NCBI GenBank assembly: GCA_029953675.1
Contig: JAMWBK010000009.1
Coordinates: forward strand, 1,240,001-1,304,000
Direction: 5' to 3'
Length of the DNA: 64,000 nucleotides
Origin: Rhodosorus marinus CCMP1338
Lineage: Eukaryota > Plantae > Rhodophyta
Below the pieces are notes generated by a model. That model was not told where the DNA came from. It did no database searches and worked only from the letters and a program-made list of their open reading frames with translations. How positions within the stretch are numbered: the stretch's first letter is position 1; every line of letters starts with the position of its first letter. Both the position numbers and the translations under genes were made by a program. This document shows positions 12,289 through 22,571 of this stretch, piece by piece.

Positions 12289-14955
12289 ATGGGTTTAGGT
12301 TGTGAAGTACGTGATAATGGTCAGGTTTCGTTCACCGTTTGGGCGCCGCACTGCACGTCGGTTGTGCTGGAGTTTGCCCGAGGCCCCGACGCGGTGCAGT
12401 TCGGCGAGATGGATGTTAGCCGGACTGAAGGTATGGATGAAAGGATATGGCGTCCTTTTTATTGCGTTGCTCAAGTTTTTTTTTTATAGATCTGAAGCGA
12501 TTCGCTCTCTTGCCGGCTACCGGGTCTCAGATGGGGGGTTTTGGTCCGTGACGGCCGGAAAGGAGGTTAAGCTAGGCGATCTCTACAGATTTCGTATGGA
12601 AACTGAAGGTGGTACGGAATGCTTCTACAGAAGGGACCCGTATGCCAGATATACACAGGGCGGAGACTCGAAATGGTGCGTGATAACTGACAGGGGAGAG
12701 TCGTTTGCTTGGACCGACTGGGAACCACGACCTTTCGACGAAAACGTTATCTACGAAATGCACATAGGCTCGTTTACAAAGGAGGGGACACTTGAGGCCG
12801 CTATCAAAAAGCTCGACCACGTCGCTGGGCTCGGGTTCACTGCACTCGAACTCATGCCAATGGCTGAGTTTTCGCACGCAACCGAGTCGTGGGGATACAA
12901 TCCAAGACAGCTCCTCGCAATGTAAGTCAATAGTACCTTATGGTATGGGGTTTCCATTTGAGTAACTAACGGGGTGATGGCATGCTTTGACACGACAGTC
13001 ATCCGGAGTACGGTTCCCCGGATATGATGAGAAAGTTTGTCAATCGCGCTCACGAACTTAAAATGGGAGTGATCATTGACGTAGTCCTTCACCATGGATC
13101 AGTTGATGGGAACGAGCTTTGGGATTACGACGGGTGGTCACACGAGGGTGGAATTTACCACGAGCGAGCCGGTGACACTCCATGGGGCAAACAGTTTGCA
13201 TTTTGGAAGACCGAGGTCGGCACAAACCCTCATCCCCAATCACATGTACTACGCGTGCACTATGGCGATAGAAAGGGTGCCCATATCGGTGTTGGTCAGT
13301 CCCAAGGAGGTTGACTGTCCCCTGATGATATGTTCCAATCTGTCTTTTGTGCTAACAGGTTATGGATATGCTCCGCGCAGCCTGCTCTTTGTGGCTCGGT
13401 TCAGAGTACAAATGCGACGGGCTGAGGTTTGATTCAGTGAACGATCTACCACCCCACGTGGTAACAAATCTTACCTGGGCAATGCATGAGCAACATCCTG
13501 GAAGAATCTTGACGGCGGAGGTTACCCCTGAAAATCCTCAAGCTCTGCACGATTATGGCCTTGATTCCTTGTGGGTCCACAGCGGATACTTTGACATCAT
13601 GTACGGTTTGAGGAACACCATGGTGCCTAGCGAAATTATCTTCAACTCATCAACGTTCGTTCTTAATGTTGAATCTTCCAGACAACAGCATAGGGCGCTT
13701 GGCAGAGGCCATCATGGAGGAGGCGACTGGGCAGGTACAGACTCAAGACCTCTTGGACAGTATACATACTGTGATCCTCAGCTATTTTCCTGAACAAGTA
13801 GTTCCTTTTTCCAACTCGCGCTCCCGTTTACCTTTCATCAGAGGGTTGGAACTTGCCCCGATTGAGGACAGTCATGGCCCTTCACTACGGCTTCGAAAGT
13901 CCAACGCAGTGCGTCAAGTATATTCTAGGATCTCATGATCAGGTTGGATGTTCCCACGGTGGAGGTCACTACGAAGACTACAAGATGATCGGGGGACAGC
14001 ACAGATACGCTGCAGATCAGTTTGGTAAGCAAAGCCGATTGACGACCTCTCCCAGGGCTGTTCGCTTAACTTGAGTTGTTTCTTCCGGCGAATGATCAGG
14101 AGGCGGCCGAGCAGATACTGGGGCGGTGAATGCCGTTCGGCTGTGGTAGGCTCATTGAATTCACTCGTTTGACTTGGTATTGCACAAGCTGTTTCCAATT
14201 TGAAGTAGCTTGGTGGTTGGTGGTTTCATAGTATCTTGGTTTTCGTTATAATGAACTTTCTCCCTCGTTCGGATGCTATTGCCGCCTTTGACACATGCCT
14301 AGGTATGGAGCCAACATTGGAGCAAGTGGTCTGGTGATGATGTTTATGGGCTCGGAGTGGCACCAGCATGGCTGGTGGAATCCTGACGAGCATCACGGAC
14401 TTGACTGGAGTCTAGGTGAGGACGACGTCGGAAAGAAAATGTGCAGCCTTGTTCAAGACGCAAACGCGCTTCGTGAGAAGTACGTCTGCCTGCGTAAGGG
14501 TGGTGTGCGCATCTTGGTAAGTGCCAACAGTCTTGAGTGGAGCTCAAGTTCAGCTCTTCTGACAAATTCGACCTCTTCTACCCTCTCCCTTCAGCATGAG
14601 GACCGGGCGAACGGCATTATGGCTAGCGAAAGGACGTTCGATACTGAACGCATCGTGATCATTGTAAACGCTGGACAGGGTGGGTTCGTGGGCGGCGACT
14701 ACGGTATATGGGTTGAGTACGTTGGTCCTACCACTATGGTCATACCGCCGGTGGAGTATCATTATAGTTTATCTGAGCGTGCAATCGTTTCCCATGACCA
14801 GGTACGGTAGGTTTGAGCAAATCTTCAGCACGCAGGATCCTAAATATTCTGGATGGGACGATTGTCCCAGCAACACTGAAGACATCGTTGAATATGACGG
14901 AAAGATCCATCTGCGTATCCCACATCAGTGCACATTGTTCTTGTTGCAGAAATAG
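12289..14955 (+). CDS. GH13 alpha-amylase family enzyme with N-terminal CBM48-like domain (TreZ / branching-enzyme-like), multi-exon
   Basis: VSFTVWAPH, RRDPYAR, IYEMHIGSFT, LELMPMAEF, SWGYNP, IIDVVLHH (region I), DGLRFDSV (nucleophile Asp), ILTAEV (acid/base Glu), LGSHDQVG (region IV Asp), MMFMGSEW. Confidence 0.92.
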
Positions 14956-15151
14956 TCTGTCTACTTCTGGAGAACAAAACGATTCGACATTTGGTGACTG
15001 TACCGGAGTACAAGCGATCGTGAGAACACTGTCCTCATCCGCAGTGCGAGTTCTACCTCGAGGCTTTTCTATTCTGGTTGTTGTGTTGTAAATTACTGTA
15101 GTTTATATATCTATGTGTATGAACCCGGTACGATGCAATAAGGGATAAAAG

Positions 15152-16287
15152 TCAGTCAATGTTCATGGCTTTTGTGAACCACCGCAGCCAGTTCAAGTCC
15201 ACAAAGCTTTGGTTAATGTCTTCGATGAGACCGTCGATAGGCTCGTTATTAACTTCGACATAGAACATTTGGGGCCAATATTTGCCTGTCACTAGCACCC
15301 TCTTCTTCGTAGGGTCGTACGCAAGTCCGTTCAACACGTCCGGTCTGACCTTGGGAGCGACGCTGCTTTGGACAAGCAGTCCTCTCAAATCAATCCATCG
15401 GTTAACAGATCCCGTCGTCGCGTCTATAACAGCGAGAACATCTGACATCCAAACATTGGCCCAAAGTTCGCCTTGAAAACGGTTTTTGCAATTGGAATGG
15501 CTTCGCGTGAGATGGCTCTACCAGTAAACGGCGCACAATTCGCAGAGCGGCGGAGGGCGCGGGGGACGAGGGAGCAAGGGTAGTCTACACGTACCCTCAA
15601 TGAACTGAATATCATTCAGTAGCTTGATGGGTCGCGTTCCATCCGTTACCGCCATTGAGCGGATAGGGCGCAGTGTAGTGGCGTCGAGGATCCGGATGAT
15701 TTCAGTCCCATCAGTAAGAAACAGCAGATTATCGCTGTCATCAGTGGTTATGCCCCATCCGTCTCCTTCGAATTCCCAGGTATCTATTTCCTTCAAAGTC
15801 TGCCGATCTCTGATGAAGCCAACTCCTGATCTCCAGGTTAGCTGAAGAACGTGCCCTCTGCTAATGGTCACACCTTCCCCAAACCTCCTATTTCGACCAA
15901 AAATTCCAAAAAGTCGAAAGCTTTTGAGAGAACAGTTTGGATCGCAGAATGCGAGACATCCAGAATGATAACAAACGGATGTCATACGCGGACAGCAAAT
16001 GAGCTGCATTTGTGAAAACGAGGACACCCAAAAAGGCTACGATTCCATGTCCAGGAAGTAGTGTAGTAGTTTTGGAACACGAGCACCTACTTGTACTCCA
16101 ATGCTTCTCTTTGCAAGATCTCACCGCTATCTGGATCAAGCCTTCGAATTTCGCTCTCACCATGCATACCTGTAGACTCAAAGAGATCGCCGTTGTCGTC
16201 GAACGCCAACCCTTGCGTAAACGCGAAGCAGTCATGGTCGATCCGATCCACTACCTTAACCTTGAACACGGGAGTTCGAGTTGACAT
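15152..16287 (-). CDS. Type II (plant/bacterial-type) glutaminyl cyclase / glutamine cyclotransferase; 3 exons; alternative start at 16344
   Basis: HDCFAFTQGL, LFESTGMHGESEIRR, FGEGVT, QLTWRSGVGF, GDGWGIT, FLTDGT, ELWANVW, DVLNGLAYD, VTGKYWP are characteristic motifs of the beta-propeller QC family. Confidence 0.9.
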
Positions 16288-16596
16288 TCCCACTCGGGTC
16301 TGTCGCCTCGTACTTAGACTGACCATCTCCACAAAGCCAACCATTCTCGTAGAAAGATCTGAGCTGAACTAGTCAGCCCGGTGGTCCGGTTCTTCAACCC
16401 CGGTTATCCAGCAGGAGCTCGCTTTGCCTGTCCCAAGCGCACTCTTCAGCGTCAGGAAGCGTTGAGGACGGAGCGCCTTTTGGAAACCCGAAGCTCTGGA
16501 GAAGCACTGCAGAGATTTCCTAGTTAGAGATTTCCTAGTTAACCCTGTCTTCCATCTCCAACGGGAAAGGTCAAGCATCAACTTCGAACGGAAAAG

Positions 16597-17292
16597 CTAG
16601 TCAGCATGGTCGTCGTCCCCGCGGTTCTTCGATGTGAAGTCTGCTGCTTTCCTTTCGTGAGAGGGAAACACAAACGGAACCCTGTCGAGCTTGGTTCGAT
16701 TGCCAAGTCTTCCACGTGGACAATACGGAAGTGGAAAATGACTTTTGCAGCGGTTGAATCTTCTTAAAAGATGCTGCCCGTGGATGTTGTGCGACGCTTC
16801 CCCGTTCAGCTTTGGGCGAAGGAAGACATGAAGGTATGGAGGTATTGAAATAAAAACGACCTCGGGTGTCATACCTGAGACGCTGTAGAGAAGGCTCTTG
16901 GCAGAAGCAACTGGATTTGTGTGCGTCCAACTGGTAGGGGTGTACACCGCAACCCCCAGTGGAAGTGGGCCAAGTGAATCAAGCAGCAGAAAAATTTTCT
17001 GTCTTGATTCTCTCATTTTCTTATTTATCAAGGAGGTTGCGAAGAGCGAAATCCAGGAATCTTTCGTTGTCCTCGTTTCCGGGCTTTTTTTGCTGGACGC
17101 TGGAGCGAACGTTCTCAAACAGAAGGGCGGTACGTGAAGGTTGAGAACTCCTAGTTTCGCCAAGACAATGAACCCAATTCCACTGTCCCCTTCCACGTTG
17201 AAACGGCTTGGCGCGAAGGGGTTTTCTTCCAGCACCGGGTTTTGTGGTTCCCTGCTCGTGAGATTGCGCTCTTCGTCTCTATGTATTAACAA
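16597..17292 (-). CDS. Hypothetical 231-aa ORF, function unknown
   Basis: Long open frame directly upstream of the QC gene on the same strand; no motif confidently recognised. Confidence 0.3.
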   Translation of the reverse strand: MLIHRDEERNLTSREPQNPVLEENPFAPSRFNVEGDSGIGFIVLAKLGVLNLHVPPFCLRTFAPASSKKSPETRTTKDSWISLFATSLINKKMRESRQKIFLLLDSLGPLPLGVAVYTPTSWTHTNPVASAKSLLYSVSGMTPEVVFISIPPYLHVFLRPKLNGEASHNIHGQHLLRRFNRCKSHFPLPYCPRGRLGNRTKLDRVPFVFPSHERKAADFTSKNRGDDDHAD

Positions 17293-18175
17293 AAGAGCTC
17301 ACTGATCGAACGTTTCCAAGGGAATTTGACTCGTTCGTTGAGGTGTAGTGAAGCAGATAGATAAAGCAGTCACTGTGTTTGCAGCTAAGGTTCTGTCAGT
17401 GTTCTCATCGTGGGTCTGCTTTGAGTAAAAGCTCGTCCTTGGGGAGCCCTCCGGCGTTTGCCTTTGGATGTCGACTTTTTTCGGTCACCTGTCGCGAGCC
17501 GGTGTGGGCAATGGTGTGCGAGAGGGTTTCTGGACTTGCAGAAATGGATCAAAGGGGATGGGAAACGGTGCAATCGAATCTGTGGGTAGATATAATACGA
17601 AGAGAAAGGGGAGCCCTGAATTGTGCTTGTTGCAGGCATCGTCTTCTATGTGATAGGAACAGAACGCGTTCGATGACTGCGGTGTATCTGGAGCTAATAA
17701 TTAGGGTTTATGGACGCCTGCAGAAGAAATCGTATCTTGACAGCGGTGCGGAATTAGGATATCCAATAACATAGGACCGTGTTGAGAGGGATTCTCCATG
17801 TTGAGCACCACAATTCCGGTGCGCCGCAGAGAGCAAATCAAAAACAGTTTGTCGGATTTCCCGCAACAGCGGTGATGAATCCCCGAACACCTTAAGAATT
17901 GCAGTACTCAATCGTACAGAAATCCAACAATGTCGAAACGATCAGCTCTCCCTCTTGTTGAATGCTCAGACGACCATTTCTGCTGCATGTGAGTGGATCC
18001 CGCCTAAGTTCAGGTGCAGCTATATACATGAGTGCGGCAAATCTCCTGTTTCCAAGGATTCAGATCGACCATCAGTCCTCTCCTGCCACACAACAATTCT
18101 TTCCTCTTCCGCGGCATTGAGCAGATCACTCCCCAGAACAAGCTCATCGATATCTATCCTGTCTCGGCACAAGGC

Positions 18176-19060
18176 TTATTCCACCTCTGCGCCCATCGAA
18201 CCATTGTGTAACTCGATCTTCAAATATCTCTTCAATACACGGTTGTTTTCCCATTCTGTAGCCTTGGAAGAGTCGCCTGTTTCTGCTCCTGTTGCATTGA
18301 ACGGATTACTCCCTCGTTCACTTGCATCATCAACCCTCGGCGCGTGCGAAGCGACTAGTGCATCTTGACGCTGACCATCATTGGCGATGCTCCTCCGAAT
18401 GTGGACTTCATCATAGTGCATGTTGCGCATGACTCCAGCCTTAAAAGGTTTTACCGCATGCGCGACTGACTATTTTCTGATGAATTTTCTCGTGCACTTC
18501 AAAATTCCACTTCGTCTTCAAAGTTCTCGCACAAATTCTGGAAGGAAAGAGGCAACTTTTTTCCTCGTGTTGTAAAGACAAGTCCCGCTTTTAAATTTCT
18601 TCCCGCATGCTATCCCATTGAAGGTTTTGTCACATCTATGCCTAACGTTCCCAGGGACCTCTGCAGTGACCGGAGGATCTATGTTGGGCGCCTGATAATC
18701 CGGCTTCATCCCAACCCTGTCTACCAGTGCCATCCTCAACCGGAGGATCTATTTCGGGGCACAGGAGATTATCTGAATCCCGTACTTCGGCTTCATCCCA
18801 ACCCTGTCCACCAGTGTCAACCTCGACCGGAGGATCTATTTCGTGTCTATGAAGACTTCGGCTTGATCCCAACCCTATCCACCAGTACCACCCTCGACCG
18901 GGGGATCTATTTCGTGCCAATGAAGAATCTCTGAATCCCGTACTTCGGCTTCATCCCCGCCCTGTCCACCAGTGCCATCCTCGACCGGAGGATCTATTTC
19001 GTGCCAATGAAGAATCTCTGAATCCCATAATTCGGGCTTCATCGCAATCCTGTCCACCAT
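18176..19060 (-). pseudogene. Disrupted C2H2 zinc-finger gene with N-terminal 29-aa acidic repeats
   Basis: Three finger-like segments in successive frames: HRCDKTFNGIACGKKFKSGTCLY.H, CLFPSRICARTLKTKWNFEVHEKIH, CGKTFKAGVMRNMHYDEVH (each needs a 1-nt indel to join). Upstream repeats encode EIDPPVEDGTGGQGWDEAEVRDSEILHWH with one CAG>TAG stop and two frameshifting deletions. Confidence 0.6.
18668..19059. repeat. Tandem array of about 5 units, 87-bp consensus (units of 70, 87, 71, 87 and ~77 bp)
   Basis: Units start at 18668, 18738, 18825, 18896 and 18983; core gaccggaggatctatttc...cggcttcatcccaaccctgtccaccagtgccatcctc. Confidence 0.95.
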
Positions 19061-19529
19061 CCCCCATATTATTGATAGCTTACAATCCCAAAACCCCTTC
19101 TAGCGTCAAAGTCCACCACACGCACCCCTTCTCCTCCCCTCTCAGATACGAATCACTCTACAGGAAAGACGACCACGGCGGTATCTCAGTACTTATAATG
19201 TAGACCCTTACCAACTGCAAAGATTCTACGTAATTCAACAATTTCTTCTCAACATATGATGCCTCAATGATGTTCCAATTATGCATCATTTCTTGGCTCT
19301 GCTTGACGGTAGAGGGCCGGCTACAAGGGGTATATACAATGACAAAAGAACAAATGAAGGTTTTGGGCTGCGGGGGAGCAAAGGGGGGGTGGATGACTTC
19401 TGCGCATTGCGTCCCACAAAATATTGGGACAAGGGCAATCAAATCTGAAATAAAACTTTCCTGAAAATTTTTACTATACCCGTTTTTTTGCCAGAAAGGT
19501 TGTTTTTTTTGTTTTTTTGGGGGGGGGAA

Positions 19530-20056
19530 TTTTGAACATATTCTCATGCATTTACAGCAAGCCGGTCTTGAAATTGAACGTGAGAAGCCCCTGCCTGTCG
19601 CAGACTACGAGAATGATGAACGCCGCGTGGCTGACCTCGTGGTCACCTGTGACGATAGCGGCCGTACGACGTACGTTGATCTTGCCGTTCCTAATCTTCA
19701 GGCTAGTCGCTATTTGCGTGGATTCGCCGCTGCCAATATGAGACGTCGCAAAGAGTTGAAATAGGCAGGGGCCTTGTCTTGCCCAGACATTCGTGCTTCG
19801 GCTCTAGCTCATCGCCTGGTACCTCTGGTCATTGCGTGCTTTGGGTTTATGGATTCCGTTGGTTTTCGTTGGCTTCGGGAATTGTTCCGCGAACGCCCTG
19901 ACCGTCTGTCCTCGTTGTTTAGCCGTTTTAAGTTTCTTGCTGTGGCGTATGAACGAGCGCTGCTTTGATGTTGGAGGCGCGCGATCTTCGCCGCGCCTAG
20001 CCTTTTTTTCCCCTCGGGGTTTTTTCCTTTCAGCCTCCGATTAAATGAATTCATTC
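19530..20056 (+). mobile_element. 5'-truncated RLE-type (CRE-like) non-LTR retrotransposon, endonuclease domain only, relic 2
   Basis: ORFs 19546-19764 and 19774-19968 share one frame, split by a single TAG at the K-x2-K-Y position: GLEIEREKP...RRVADLVV...TTYVDLAVPN...RGFAAANMRRRKELK*...LVPLVIACFGFMD. This is the PD-(D/E)XK-type layout of RLE endonucleases. Confidence 0.78.
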
Positions 20057-21380
20057 AATGCCCTCGATTTGGCCGGAGCATACTGGGTATTGAAATGTGG
20101 TCGGAGGAAGGCACCCGGGGCCCGGAAGGGGTGGCGATCAGGCCATAACGTGGACGTAACGTGGACATAACGTGGAGGAGATCTGTGTTGGGAGGAGGGA
20201 AAGGGTCAGAACTTTTTGTTGCGTGAGCAAAGCTAAGGAGTTTCTCGGTGACGATGATGATGACGATGAGCAGGTAGGTCCGGGGTTGCACTCAGCTGCC
20301 AGGCTACGGTTACATATTCTTCTCATACCGGCACACATTGCTACAAGTCAGTCCCAAGTTGAAATGATCGAGAATCGTATCATGTAGGGGCTGCTTTGCC
20401 AAAAAAATTTAATAGCGACTAGCTTGCACAGCTTGGCCCTAAAAACAATGTCCCAGCTCTTTCCTGAGTGGTTCGACATGTCTGATCTTCTTCCCCTCAA
20501 AAAAAAATGTACAATCCACGCACCTGGAGATTTTCATCCCCTACTTCCCTCAAGACACAAACTGTTCTTTCATTAATCGATTAATATGTTACAATTTATG
20601 GCAAACAGAGAACTGGCCAAAAGTAGCATTTCGAGTATATAGCTCTTATTAGTTTTGGTAGCTAATATACAAAACTATGAATTCATATACATTCTAGGCG
20701 CTTGTTGATTTATCAATAAGCTGAAATAAATAGAAACAAAGTTTCCCTATTTCCCATAGAATCTTCGCCTTAGTAAGGGTTTAGAAGGAGCTGTGAAAAC
20801 TCAACCTCAATATTTGAATAGCATAATATTTTAGAATATTTATTCCCCCGACACAACTTGCTCTCCTAAAATAATTGAAAAACCATCATTGATCTCGAGT
20901 AGAAATCAACCAATTGGACTTTTAACTTCGCAATTGTGCTTAATCCCTTAATAATTGGAATTCTCCATTTTTTCCGAAGTATCGTATCTCCACTGTTTTT
21001 TTAAAATAATTACTTTATTGTGTGGAGGACCTGAATCCAAGTCATTTGTTTTTAATAATTTATAGACGATAATCTTTTCTTCGTGCATGCATGCCTTTGA
21101 AATTTTCTGGAAATTTTTGGGAGATGGAGTTCAGCCCCAATATTTGGAGGTTGTTTTTTTTGTTGTTGTATTGTTGACCAACATGTACTGCATAAAACTG
21201 AAAAACAAAAACTAATATGAAGACCCCCGCAAACACTCCGCCCCCTCCCCCACCCCCCAACGATTCCTTCCACAATGTGATGACCCCTAGAGCTGTACTA
21301 TTCAATAAATATCACACATTAAAGCATCTCGACAAACTATTATCCAATGAATATCACGTATTTCCACCCTCGTTCGACTG

Positions 21381-21567
21381 GTTTTCAATTGTTGGGAAAA
21401 GGTGTTTTTACAATCATCGAACGGTATTTCTTGTAGGAGTATAGGCTACACTATAATGACAAAGTTACTCCTTTGAAGGGTTTTCAGTTGTTGGGAAAGG
21501 TGTTTTTACAATCCGTGCACGGTATTCCTTGTTGGATTAGATTGTAGGCTACTATAATGACAAAGTT
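21381..21567. repeat. Imperfect ~100-bp tandem duplication in an AT-rich spacer
   Basis: ttttca.ttgttgggaaa(a)ggtgtttttacaatc ... ctataatgacaaagtta occurs at ~21381 and ~21481. Confidence 0.85.
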
Positions 21568-22571
21568 AAGCTAAATAATGCTTAATACTCTCTATATTAA
21601 GAAACAAAAGTTTACTACAACATTGGAGCTATATTTCTGAAAACAAAATATTTTGTATGACAAGAATTGATGAATTGTACTAAAACATGAATCCATGAAC
21701 GGTCTGGAATACTGAGTAACTTACCGAGAATCGGGTATTTTTACCATTAGGTACGGGTACTCCGCAGAATTGTGGGGTAAGAGGCCCATATTTCTTCTCT
21801 CATGTGCTATATTACGAATATCGTTCGCAAAGTTTTGAACTGTATTGAACCAGTCATTTGCAAAGGTTTTAGTAAAGGACTTGTGTACTAATGAAGTACT
21901 CACGGGTGTTGCTGGCCTTGGGTTGCGGATTGATGAAGAAGAGCTGCGCTTTAGATGACGAAATCGGATGAATGGTCGAGGCTACGTGGCCTCGATTTGA
22001 GATTCAAAGCTCTCATGCTGAGGTTGTATGTGCTGAACTGAACTGTGCGTCTGCGTTCAACGTCACCTTTCTTTTTTGTGTTTGGTCGCGCAGAGAAGTG
22101 CGGTCGTTCTGCGGGAATGGGAGGGGGGAAGATAAGCATGCCTTGTTTCGTCTTCTGGTGAAGCTTTGGAATTGTTCAGCCATTTCGTCTCCAGCTGTAC
22201 ATGTTGTTTGAACCGCCTCAGCGTTAATACAATTCCTTTTGCTCAGGAGCCCTTAGCAATGGTATCTTATACAACTCAACGGAATAAAGCCAGCTTTTCG
22301 CAGAAGCGTCTCGAGGCTTCATATGAACGCGATGGAGCCCTAACGAATCTCCGCACTGCTTCCTAGCGGCTAAGAGGGGTCTTTTTTTTCTGAAAGTTAG
22401 CTAGTCATGGCCAATGCTTTTAGCTCAAACGCCTCGCTGTTGATCATCTAAAAACGGCGCGTCTGAGGTCTCAAGCACGACAAAAAGCACATATACAATA
22501 CTGTGCTGGGAACCGCACCGCTCCTCCGAACCTGGTTCCCAACCGAATACAAAGCAACGTTCGAGAGCGAT

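Noticed and set aside
18638-19059. CRISPR-like repeat-spacer array
   Set aside because: Units are degenerate whole-unit tandem copies with no unique spacers, there are no cas genes, the context is eukaryotic and the period is a multiple of three.
21721-21903. Lipoxygenase C-terminus or DA1 peptidase remnant (NIAHERRN...YPYL)
   Set aside because: No HExxH or lipoxygenase His motifs; the resemblance is superficial.
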